From: Candidatus Bathyarchaeum sp.
Lineage (GTDB): Archaea; Thermoproteota; Bathyarchaeia; Bathyarchaeales; Bathyarchaeaceae
Direction of reading: 5' to 3'
Length of the DNA stretch: 32,332 bases
Assembly: GCA_026014495.1 (NCBI GenBank)
Contig: JAOZIF010000142.1
Span: 514 to 32,845 of the forward strand
Positions 1 to 8,800 of this stretch are shown here, piece by piece (positions within the stretch are counted from its first letter, which is position 1; each line of letters opens with the position of its first letter). The position numbers were made by a program, and so were the translations under genes. The notes beneath the pieces are model-generated. The model searched no databases, was not told where the DNA came from, and worked only from the letters and a program-made list of their open reading frames with translations.

Positions 1-63
1 CCATCCTACGAAGAAGTTCTGCTGGAACGCCGCCCATGCTTCAGTTGCTTGATCCAAACTCAT
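1..63 (-). CDS. 5' part of a gene running off the window (MSLDQATEAWAAFQQNFFVGW...), product unknown
   Basis: ATG at 63-61 with a GGTGAT Shine-Dalgarno a few nt upstream; 17 bp after the KaiC-like stop; frame open to the window edge. Confidence 0.7.
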   Translation of the reverse strand, partial: MSLDQATEAWAAFQQNFFVGW

Positions 64-80
64 TGTTTATCACCAACTAA

Positions 81-821
81 CTATTCTTTCCCAAACCAAA
101 CAGGCTTCAGCGAAAACGGTATTTCTTCTACTGACAGCCCACCTGATTTGATGTTCAGTTTAAGTATCTGAGGTTTCATGGGTACACTTCGTGACTTTCG
201 AAGAAGGAAAACGCGTGTCCATACTACGTCATGTTTTCGGTAGTCAAGGTAAATCAAGTGGTCAACAAGGTACTCTGTAATACCTGGAGCTGCAGGGATA
301 CCTTCGGCGCTAAATAGTGTAGTTGCTCCTTGGCTTTTTGTTTCCATTAGTATCTTCATGAAGACTTGTCGGAATTCGTTAGAGTTGGATAACCGCCTAG
401 CTAGTGAAGACAGAGAGTCAATCACAATTCTGCTGGCGTTGGGTTGTGCAGTTAATCCTTTTTCAACGATACCCATTGCTTCGTCTTTGTCGACAAGGCA
501 GTATTCGCTGGCGTAGCTTGCGGTGATAGATAAGTTGACGACTTTTATTGTTCCGTTTCTGATGAAGTTAGGGAAGTCGGACCAGAGTTCTCCTCCAGTT
601 CGCATTACTGTTTCAGGGGTTTCTTCGGTTGTGATATACAAACATTTTTCGCCGTTCTTTGCACCTTTGTACAGGAATTGTAAGCAGCAGATTGTTTTAC
701 CAGTACCTGGTTCTCCTCGCACCAGTATTGCGTCGCCTTTTGGAATACCGGGAATAAACTTTTCCAAGCCATCCAGCCCGATGTCGACCCATTCAATGTT
801 TGATGTTTGTTGCATTGCCAT
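81..821 (-). CDS. Single-domain KaiC-like (RecA-superfamily, COG0467-type) ATPase, copy 1
   Basis: Walker A GEPGTGKT, EE motif YITTEETP, Walker B RIVIDSLSSL, K-x-R finger in RKSRS; EY in place of the cyanobacterial ST phosphosites. Confidence 0.92.
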   Translation of the reverse strand: MAMQQTSNIEWVDIGLDGLEKFIPGIPKGDAILVRGEPGTGKTICCLQFLYKGAKNGEKCLYITTEETPETVMRTGGELWSDFPNFIRNGTIKVVNLSITASYASEYCLVDKDEAMGIVEKGLTAQPNASRIVIDSLSSLARRLSNSNEFRQVFMKILMETKSQGATTLFSAEGIPAAPGITEYLVDHLIYLDYRKHDVVWTRVFLLRKSRSVPMKPQILKLNIKSGGLSVEEIPFSLKPVWFGKE

Positions 822-868
822 GCTGAATCATCTCTTATTCAATTAAAATGCTAGTTATTGCCTATTTG

Positions 869-876
869 TATATAAA
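869..876 (-). promoter_or_regulatory. TATA box (TTTATATA) of KaiC-like copy 1, with A-rich BRE upstream
   Basis: 48 bp from the ATG, same spacing as in copy 2. Confidence 0.75.
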
Positions 877-920
877 CGTTTTCTTTTTAGTGAATGTTTA
901 GTGATAAAACCTCTAAACTC

Positions 921-934
921 TGAACGTTTGTTCA
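921..934. promoter_or_regulatory. Palindromic operator candidate TGAAC-GTTT-GTTCA
   Basis: Perfect 5-bp inverted arms; the equivalent site in copy 2 carries a compensatory change. Confidence 0.65.
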
Positions 935-1547
935 ATATATCATTAATAATTCATCAGATAACATAGATACTATTTCAATTGATTAGTATAATCTCAAGTT
1001 ATTACTGAAAAACAAACCAAGAAAAATCATGTTAAACTAACATACATCCACCAGACAAAATACACACATTCATGCATACCAGAAATCATTACAAAATAGG
1101 GCGGGCAACAGATTCAACGCTTACAAAAGCAAAACAACACACCGAACCATCACACATAACACCCAGTGCCACGCCATGAAACACATGCTTCATGATAGGT
1201 CAAAAAATAATTTTGGATTTTTTCAAGGTCAAGGAGTCATTACCAGCAAGTCTCGAAACTGAACAGTTTAGAAAAATGAATACCACCTCATCATACTGGG
1301 CGGCTTGAAGGATGTGGGACCAAACCAAATCAACGCGTGACTACTGAGACTAGGAGGCATCTATTTCGCGGGATGAAGACTGGTTCCACACCCTAAACCT
1401 ACATAATAGTATTACTTTTTTAAATAAAAGTGTTACTAAATGGCGTAACGTGATCACCACGATCGAACAATATAAAAAAACTAAGACAATTTAGCAACTG
1501 CTTTTTAGAAAAAATGAAGTTTAACCTAAAACATTGTACGCTTTATT

Positions 1548-1594
1548 AAATAAAAAAGAAGAAAAAGTGAACCTCACAGCTACTATGAGGTTCA
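1548..1594 (-). terminator. Terminator after KaiC-like copy 2
   Basis: 9-bp stem TGAACCTCA/TGAGGTTCA (1568-1576, 1586-1594) followed on the minus strand by a T-rich tract. Confidence 0.7.
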
Positions 1595-1604
1595 ACTAGT
1601 GCAA

Positions 1605-2348
1605 TTAAATTTTGCTTTGGAACCAAACAGGATTTAACGCGAATGGGGTCTCTTCTACAGACAGTCCGCCTTTTTCGATGTATAATTTGAGTATCTGGGG
1701 CTTTAGGGGTACGCTCCGTGACTTTCGAAGAATGAAAACACGCGTCCATTCGGTGTCTTGTTTTCGGTAGTCAAGGTATACTAAGTGGTCTACAAGGTAC
1801 TCTGTGATGTCTGGAGTCAATGGGATACCTTCGGCAGTAAGTAGTACGGTTGACCCTTGTTGTTTAGTCTCCAGTAGTAGTTTCATGAAGACTTCTCGGA
1901 ATTCGTCAGAGTTAGATAGTCGTTGGTCCAACGAAGATAAGGAGTCGATTACGATTCTTGTGGCTCCGGGTTGTGTAGCAAATCCTTTTTCGGCAATTGT
2001 CATTGCTTCTGCTTTTTCAAGTAAACCGTAGTCGTTGGCGTACTCGGCTGATATGGACATGTTAACGAGCTTTATCATTCCATTGCTAACTAATTGTGGG
2101 AAATCGGACCAGAGTTCTCCTCCAGTTCGCATTATTGATTCGGGGGTTTCTTCGGTTGTGATATACAAACATTTTTCGCCGTTCTTTGCACCTTTGTACA
2201 GGAATTGTAAACACACAATAGTTTTACCAGTGCCGGGTTCTCCTCGCACCAGTATTGCGTCGCCTTTTGGTATTCCTGGAATGAAGTCTTCAAGTCCAGC
2301 AACTCCAATGTCAACCCATTCAATGATTGATGTTTTTTGAGCCGTCAT
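1605..2348 (-). CDS. Single-domain KaiC-like ATPase, copy 2
   Basis: Same motifs as copy 1; 185/246 identical residues by my manual ungapped count (about 75%). Confidence 0.92.
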   Translation of the reverse strand: MTAQKTSIIEWVDIGVAGLEDFIPGIPKGDAILVRGEPGTGKTIVCLQFLYKGAKNGEKCLYITTEETPESIMRTGGELWSDFPQLVSNGMIKLVNMSISAEYANDYGLLEKAEAMTIAEKGFATQPGATRIVIDSLSSLDQRLSNSDEFREVFMKLLLETKQQGSTVLLTAEGIPLTPDITEYLVDHLVYLDYRKQDTEWTRVFILRKSRSVPLKPQILKLYIEKGGLSVEETPFALNPVWFQSKI

Positions 2349-2395
2349 GCTGAATCATCTCTTATTCAATTAAAATGCTAGTTATTGTCTATTTG

Positions 2396-2403
2396 TATAT
2401 AAA
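2396..2403 (-). promoter_or_regulatory. TATA box (TTTATATA) of KaiC-like copy 2
   Basis: 48 bp from the ATG; flanking 82 bp differ from copy 1 at only 4 positions. Confidence 0.75.
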
Positions 2404-2447
2404 TGTTTTCTTTTTACTGAATATTTACACATTAGTTTCTTAATGCC

Positions 2448-2461
2448 TGAATGTTTATTCA
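2448..2461. promoter_or_regulatory. Palindromic operator candidate TGAAT-GTTT-ATTCA
   Basis: Perfect 5-bp arms; same position relative to TATA as 921-934. Confidence 0.65.
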
Positions 2462-2788
2462 TTAACGCATTATAGAAACGTTACCTATGCTGCCAAAAAG
2501 CCTATTTGATTAAAAACAAGGAAAAAAATTATCAAAAAACAAACTACTAAAAATAACGTCAATTCCAAACAGACCAACTTGACAAAATAGACACAGCTAT
2601 TCATAAATAGACATGACAAAAACAGGGCGGGCAAATGCACGAAAATTCAAAAACACAAAAGAATACCAAACAATCAGGCCGACATATAAAGCGTAGCTCT
2701 GATAAAGAAATCAACGATGCGTTAGCAATCACAGGAACAAAAGCTAGAATAAATCAGGCATAATGAATAACGTTCAAAGACATCCTAA

Positions 2789-3046
2789 TCAGGGAATGTT
2801 AAAACCAACCAAGCGGATTTTACTTTTACACCGGTTACACTGTATTACCAATTCTTCTAGTTCATCACCACTAACCTTGGTGTCGAGTATAACGTAGACA
2901 TCCTCGGTTTCGTCTTCTGGAGATATAACTGTTCCACAACCAGGACAAGAGAAATCACCTTCTCCTTGAAGTGTGGCCAGATCCACTTGATACACCAGAG
3001 GTGGTTGCATAATTTCCAGCTCCATTTTGAGTATGTTATGATTCAC
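2789..3046 (-). CDS. Small acidic Zn-ribbon protein
   Basis: Two CxxC pairs (CPGC, CNRC); exact start uncertain. Confidence 0.75.
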   Translation of the reverse strand: MNHNILKMELEIMQPPLVYQVDLATLQGEGDFSCPGCGTVISPEDETEDVYVILDTKVSGDELEELVIQCNRCKSKIRLVGFNIP

Positions 3047-3112
3047 TTCTCAGATTTAGTAAATAACATTTATGAACGCATCATCTATTTCCATTTTCAA
3101 TATCTAACTTAA

Positions 3113-3148
3113 TGCTGTTTCATCTGGATTGTGATTTCAGAAACAGCA
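3113..3148. promoter_or_regulatory. Inverted repeat TGCTGTTTC-N18-GAAACAGCA in the divergent Zn-ribbon/RHH spacer
   Basis: Perfect 9-bp arms at 3113-3121 and 3140-3148. Confidence 0.45.
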
Positions 3149-3232
3149 ATTAAAACATCACTGTAGGATTCGGAATACGAAACATATAAAATATGCCTAA
3201 GAACATAATAGGTATAGCAGGGAGGATAAAGT

Positions 3233-3769
3233 TTGTCTCCGAAGGACCAGTCAGTTAAAAGAACCACAATCATTTTGGATGAAGAAGAGCGAGAATACAT
3301 CGATTCACTCATAAAGCAAGGAAGAGAACCAGGAATAAAACCTCTAATATCAAAAATGCTGGACGTTTACCGAAGCATGCGAATCTACGACTGGAAATAC
3401 CCAGGAGAATATTACATCGGCATCAGCCGTGTGGCATTCTTGAATGTCGAATTTATTGATATACTACTAAAATACATCCCTGACGAAAAACTGAAAGACG
3501 TTGGACAAAAAATTGGAGCAATGGCTAAAGTTTCTCTAGAGGCAAGCATAGACATAGAAACGACAAACAGAGAGAGATGGCCAGACGTTTTTAAGAGACT
3601 GCGCGTTCAGGGCTTTGGTGACTTTTATCTTAAAAATAAATTTGTAATAATTAGAACACCATTAGTTACTAATTCAAAGTTTTTGTGTGGATTCATAGAA
3701 AGTTTACTTGGAATTAGCCTTGAAATTAGGACCCTGACGCCCCCTCTTGTTTTTGAGATTGTCAGCTAA
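3233..3769 (+). CDS. Putative transcription regulator: N-terminal ribbon-helix-helix plus V4R-like ligand-binding domain
   Basis: KRTTIIL strand followed by two helices; C-terminal G..RV..L / G..IG / QGFGDF / LCGFIESLLG pattern typical of V4R-like domains; GGAGG RBS before a TTG start. Confidence 0.65.
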   Translation: MSPKDQSVKRTTIILDEEEREYIDSLIKQGREPGIKPLISKMLDVYRSMRIYDWKYPGEYYIGISRVAFLNVEFIDILLKYIPDEKLKDVGQKIGAMAKVSLEASIDIETTNRERWPDVFKRLRVQGFGDFYLKNKFVIIRTPLVTNSKFLCGFIESLLGISLEIRTLTPPLVFEIVS

Positions 3770-4020
3770 AAAGAATGTCATGATAAAAAAGCGTAGTTAG
3801 TTAAAACGTTTGGAATATTGGAGGTTGGCATGGTTCGCGAATGCGCCATTATGTTTAACATGATTAAAAGTTCATAAATAAATTCAATAATATTACCTTG
3901 TTTATGCTATATTTTTACATTTAGATTCCGAATTGAATAATTATTGGCAGTACATATTGTGGTTTCATATTTGTTAAATATCGTAACTTCAGAGTTTCTG
4001 GGTATAGGAGACGTCGAATA

Positions 4021-4461
4021 ATGAGAAGCATCTTCAAGTCGAAAAAGGGAATTTCACCAATACTTGCTACACTACTCTTGATAGTAATCGCTGTTGCAGC
4101 AGTCATAGTTACCTACGCTTGGGTCATGACATTCACAACATCCACAACAAATCAGTCAGGAGCTATGTTAACCGTTGAAAACGTAAGATTCTACACTTCA
4201 GGGTCAACAGATCGTGTTGAAATTGTCGTAAGAAACTCTGGAACAAACAGCGCAACAGTTGCAGACGTATATAGCGGTACATCAGCCACAGACCTCCAGC
4301 AGGTCAGTTCAGTGACATATAGTCCGTCGTCACAGATTGTCAGTGAAGGCGAATCACTAATGATTACCTTTAACTATAACTGGGCTAGCGGAACAAGATA
4401 TTACTTCAAAGTTGTCACTGAAGAAGGACTAACTATTCCCTTCAATGAAGAGGCAGCCTAA
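4021..4461 (+). CDS. Major type IV pilin (archaeal class III signal peptide)
   Basis: KKG|ISPILATLLLIVIAVAAVIVTYAW; S/T-rich globular head; AGGAGA RBS; not the archaellin GIGTLIIFIA-type N-terminus. Confidence 0.9.
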   Translation: MRSIFKSKKGISPILATLLLIVIAVAAVIVTYAWVMTFTTSTTNQSGAMLTVENVRFYTSGSTDRVEIVVRNSGTNSATVADVYSGTSATDLQQVSSVTYSPSSQIVSEGESLMITFNYNWASGTRYYFKVVTEEGLTIPFNEEAA

Positions 4462-4469
4462 GCCTCAAC

Positions 4470-4489
4470 TTTTTTCTTTTTCCTCTTTT
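4470..4489 (+). terminator. T-rich archaeal terminator after the pilin
   Basis: TTTTTTCTTTTTCCTCTTTT starting 9 bp after the stop. Confidence 0.6.
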
Positions 4490-4553
4490 GTCTACTGATA
4501 ACATAGAATGTTTATACTGTTTCTTTTTGTTAAGTATGGATAGATGATCTGAG

Positions 4554-5348
4554 ATGAACCAGATACTTGATGGTGCTAGAATAATTCTGTGCCTCAGCTT
4601 TCTGATTTATGCATCATGGAGTGACTACAAAACCAGAGAAGTTAGTAACAAAGTTTGGGTTATGCTAGGACCTTTAGCGCTTGCCCTAACAGGATTACAG
4701 TTTTTAGCATATTCATCTCAGCCGCTTCAATTCATAACATTATACGTCCTGTCTTTCGCAATAACTTCAGGTTTAGCGATAGCAGTTTTCTACGTTGGAG
4801 GCTTTGGAGGAGCAGATGCAAAAGCTTTCATGTGTATTGCTCTAGCTTTACCGGTTTATCCTAACAACCTCCTTTCACAACCCTCGGGCTTTGTTTCTCC
4901 TCTTTTTCCAATAACAATCTTTTCTAACAGTGTTCTTTTAGGTGCCCTTAGCGTGTTCTATGCTCTTGGGCGTAATCTGGTTTGGGCAATTAGAAAAAAA
5001 GAACACGTGTTTGAAGGCTTGCAAACAGAGTCTATTGGGCACAAGGTTCTGGCGATTATCAGTGGCTACAAGATCAAAATGTCTAAACTAGAAAAAGGGC
5101 ACATGTATCCTCTTGAAGATGTTGAGGTGACCGAGGGCAGAGAAAAAAAGAGAAAGCTGCTGGTGTTTCCAAAATATGAAGAGCGCGAGGATATTATTAC
5201 AAGAATCCGAGAAAATATGAAAGATGAAAGCCATGAAGTATGGGTTACACCAGGTTTGCCCCTCCTCATCTTTATCACAGCAGGGTTAATTGTTGCATTA
5301 ACATATGGAGACATTGTATGGATTTTGCTTGGTTCAGTGCTTACATAA
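4554..5348 (+). CDS. pibD: Prepilin/prearchaellin peptidase (A24, FlaK/PibD type)
   Basis: Catalytic Asp motifs WSDYKTREV and GGADAK, multiple TM helices, C-terminal VWVTPGLPLLIFIT motif. Confidence 0.93.
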   Translation: MNQILDGARIILCLSFLIYASWSDYKTREVSNKVWVMLGPLALALTGLQFLAYSSQPLQFITLYVLSFAITSGLAIAVFYVGGFGGADAKAFMCIALALPVYPNNLLSQPSGFVSPLFPITIFSNSVLLGALSVFYALGRNLVWAIRKKEHVFEGLQTESIGHKVLAIISGYKIKMSKLEKGHMYPLEDVEVTEGREKKRKLLVFPKYEEREDIITRIRENMKDESHEVWVTPGLPLLIFITAGLIVALTYGDIVWILLGSVLT

Positions 5349-5429
5349 AAAAGTGAAGCCATAAAAAACAAGTCTTTGGTTATCTAACCTCACAAGCAGA
5401 GAAACTGTATTGCAGAATCTAAAGTTGGG

Positions 5430-5729
5430 TTACTCCAAAGAACAAAGAGCGTGTTTATCTTGCAACTTAGAGTGTAGCAGAAGAGTTGTTCCTTTAGCTG
5501 TTATTGTTGAGGCTATCCAACCCATCACTCCCAGATATAGGGCACGTATGGCGGCTTCTATTAGAGGGGATAAAGAATCACCAAAAGATGCAAATAGACT
5601 AGGAACGGGCAGGACATTGATTTCTCCATGAAGATGAATGTAGCTCACAAAGAATGTTATTACTAGCAAAGCGACACCTGTGAGAAGAATAAGAATTGCT
5701 GAAGTTTCAGACGACTTTATGTGTAACAT
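5430..5729 (-). CDS. Small membrane protein (2 TM) at the end of the pilus operon
   Basis: Two hydrophobic segments; co-oriented with the operon; ATG at 5729 preferred (GGTG upstream) over 5750. Confidence 0.65.
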   Translation of the reverse strand: MLHIKSSETSAILILLTGVALLVITFFVSYIHLHGEINVLPVPSLFASFGDSLSPLIEAAIRALYLGVMGWIASTITAKGTTLLLHSKLQDKHALCSLE

Positions 5730-5829
5730 CAAAGCACCACAGATTATCACAATAGATGAAACACTTTACTGTCAGAATAGACAGAAACTGAGCACTAACA
5801 TAATATTTAGCAGGATAATGCAATCGGGT

Positions 5830-8800
5830 TTAGCTCCAAGTGCGCAATAGCGTTGCATCTATGGCCCAGTAGTCTTGTGTAGTGTCTCCAGTTTCTGTTG
5901 TTCCGGTGAAGCGTATTGTAAATTCTGGAGAGGTCAAATATGATGAAATGGTTATGTTGTTCCATCCAACATCGAGGTCTTCAAACAGGTTCACCCATGC
6001 GGAGCCAGTCCAAACGTCCACTCTAAGATGCTCTCCACTAACTGAGTCTACATATATGCATAATTCTTCGTTTGCTTCATCATAGTTCGCACTTGTCCAC
6101 TGAACTTCCAAGTCCAGCTCATAGTTAGCTTCTTCTTCGTTCCATACATGTATTAATGCAGCATCTATCTCCCAAGTGTCTTGAGTCGAATCAACCATTT
6201 CAGTTCCGCCCCTGAACCGTATTGTGAACGTAGAATCTGTCAACCAGTCGGTTATAGACGCATTATTCCAGCCTGAAACCAAGTCGGTGAAAACGGTTTC
6301 CCATCCAGAGACAGTCCAAACGTCAACCGCTAAGTCTTCAGTGCCCATATTACCGCAATAAATTGAGAGATACTCGTTTTGCAAAGAGTATGTAACACCT
6401 GTCCATCGAACCTCTAAATCTAGTTCATAATTGGATGTTGTTTGCAGAAAATCTACTTCACGCAAATAAACATAACGTGCGGTACTATAGCGGTTATGGA
6501 ATCTAAAACGAATTTCTGTCACAGATGCCTCATCAAAGGTTAATTCCGTCCATGATCCAGATGTTGCTGAACCACTATACACGTTTACCCATTCACCACC
6601 AGTGTAAATGTCCATTTCCATTAGGTCAACAGCGCCACTTTGAGAAGCCATCAAGTATCTGACAGTGTCACATTTTATGGCATCATGGGTAAGCACGAGA
6701 TAGTTGCTCCAACTGCGCCCAGAAATTCGTGAATAAGCATAGTTCCATTCGTAATCGTCATATGCTTCTGATTCATCTCTCCAATCAGACAATGGATCTT
6801 CATGACCTGTAGGAGATACCCATAGCTCTGAACCTCCACCAGTATTGCCTTCCTGAAGAGTATCCATTACGCTGTCTGGACCAGACTGTTGAGCAGAAAA
6901 GCTACTATGAGAACCAACATCTGCTGAAGTGTCAACGTCACTGGTGTCGTCGTCGACACAAGCCTCTATGTTTTCGGATTCTACAGCACTATCTTCTGTG
7001 ATAGTATCAAGAACTGAATCCGGACCAGCTTTTTGTGCTAAGAAACTAGAGTGTGAGCCTATGTCAACACTAGAATCTTCATCAGATATGCTGTTATCCA
7101 CATAATTGGCGCTAGAGTCGTACTCGCTATCATATTCATCAAGCATAACCAATGGAGGGTTCTCCACCATTACCCAAAGACCAACATCATCCCCACTATT
7201 GTAGATAGACTCTCCATCAAAGGCTACAACTGCGCCGTGCCAAATTGCATCCAAAGAATCATTAAACGAAACAGAACATACCTTCACAGGATTAACTTCT
7301 ATAGACGTATCATCCCACTCATCAACTACAACAAGAGCACCAGTTTCGCTACCCAAAATGCTGTCGAACAAGTAGAGGTTCTGGTTATCTGTGTCCGTGA
7401 ACATAACGCCTGCTCCTGAGGCTCCAGACAAAAATTGGCTCCAATGGTGATCCCACCCCGTTGGATATCCGTCAAAAAAAGAACCTATAGAACTAGAAGA
7501 CACAGGGTAGCCTCCATCGGTTCCATCTTCAGTCATTGGTGACCCAACCGAAACATCGAGATGCATAACACTAAGGTCAGTCACAGTTCTAGATTCAGAT
7601 TCTACAAAGATTGTCCGCGCTGAATAAGTATAGTACAGTGAATTTGCTGGAAATGTTATAACAATGTGTGAATACAAGTTAGGGCAATCCGAAACTCCAC
7701 TTGAATATTCTGGTTCTTGTTGTACTATATCTCGGACTACTCCGTTATAGATTACATACGAAAGGTAAGCCCCATACGAAGGTTCCTTATCGTTAATACG
7801 CAGAAATTCTGCACTGCAACTAGGTGACCCATCACCAGCAACCGTTGATTCTATCCAGAAGTTATTAACAGTTAATTCTAAATACCCATTATCCAAAGTT
7901 CCAGAATCAGGGTCATCATCAAAATATACATTATTCCAAGCATACGACGTCTGTATTGCGGTATCGTTTCCTTCCCACCATAAGGTAATCGTACTAATTT
8001 CATTATTTACTAAAAACACCAACATATTATTGCTGTTAAATATGCTATCGTTGCCAGCTAGTCCAAGAGGCACCATGTAATCTGACGCCCAGTCCTCCAC
8101 TTGGAAGGGCACCTCTTGATTGACATCATTAATAGTTGCATTAACTCTAAATGCTTTAACTGAAACAGGTGGAATGGCTCTTGTTTTAGTGTTCAACTCC
8201 AGATCCTGACCAAGCCACTTCAAAGTTCCATTTTGTAGAAGTTCAATAACAAAAGTGTCTGAAGATAAAGATTCGTAAATGTCTAACACTCCAGTGGCAG
8301 CCCAATCAAAAGTATAAGTGTAATGAGGAATTCCGGTTGCTACAGAAGCTTGGGAATAAAAAGCAGACACAGATATACCTCGATTATCTTCAACTTGAAC
8401 AGAGTATGACTCAGGGTCTACGCCTGAAGGAATTGTTATAGTGTAAACTCCATTAGCCGCTATTAATACGTCAGTTGGATTGACTAGCTCCCAAGTTGAA
8501 TCATCAGTATAATTGTAGAACCAGAAGTTTTCGTTGGTCAATCCTAATTCTGGTTCAGAATCATCACGAATGACGTTTATTCTGGATACACCAAGTTCTG
8601 ATTCTAAAAGAGTGACAGCCAACGCTGAAGATGTCTCATAGGTCACATCTTCAAGTCCAAGAGCTGATAAAGAATAGGTTACAGAAAGGCTTCCCATACT
8701 GTAGCTCTCTGGCATAAACCAGCAAGTGGACACGTCATCATTACCGAAATCAAACGTGAATGACGGATTCCACTCCGGATGAGAACGAGCAACATTAACT

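Larger units (their letters stand above)
81..1108. repeat. Tandem duplication unit, copy 1 (KaiC-like CDS plus about 290 bp upstream)
   Basis: Aligns to 1605-2634 at a near-constant offset of 1524-1527 bp through CDS, promoter and upstream motifs. Confidence 0.9.
1605..2634. repeat. Tandem duplication unit, copy 2
   Basis: See copy 1. Confidence 0.9.

Noticed and set aside
1230-1300. ATGATGA on the minus strand suggesting a C/D box sRNA
   Set aside because: No properly spaced CTGA D or D' boxes
523-2340. Antisense and alternate-frame ORFs present in both KaiC copies (523-846, 605-796, 2035-2340, 2132-2323)
   Set aside because: Their recurrence is explained by the duplication itself; no family motifs or RBS
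81-2348. Circadian clock KaiC or ArlH assignment
   Set aside because: Single domain, no ST phosphosites, no kaiA/kaiB and no archaellin/arlF/arlG nearby; only KaiC-like is supported
2485-2640. 51-codon hydrophobic ORF on the minus strand upstream of KaiC copy 2
   Set aside because: Expected in a T-rich strand; no RBS; I did not find a matching ORF in copy 1
4021-4461. Archaellin call for the major filament subunit
   Set aside because: N-terminus is the ISPILATLLLIVIAVAA pilin type, not the archaellin consensus
4505-4514. AGAATGTTTA upstream of the peptidase resembling the KaiC repeat
   Set aside because: Overlaps the gene's own BRE/TATA, which explains it; right arm matches poorly
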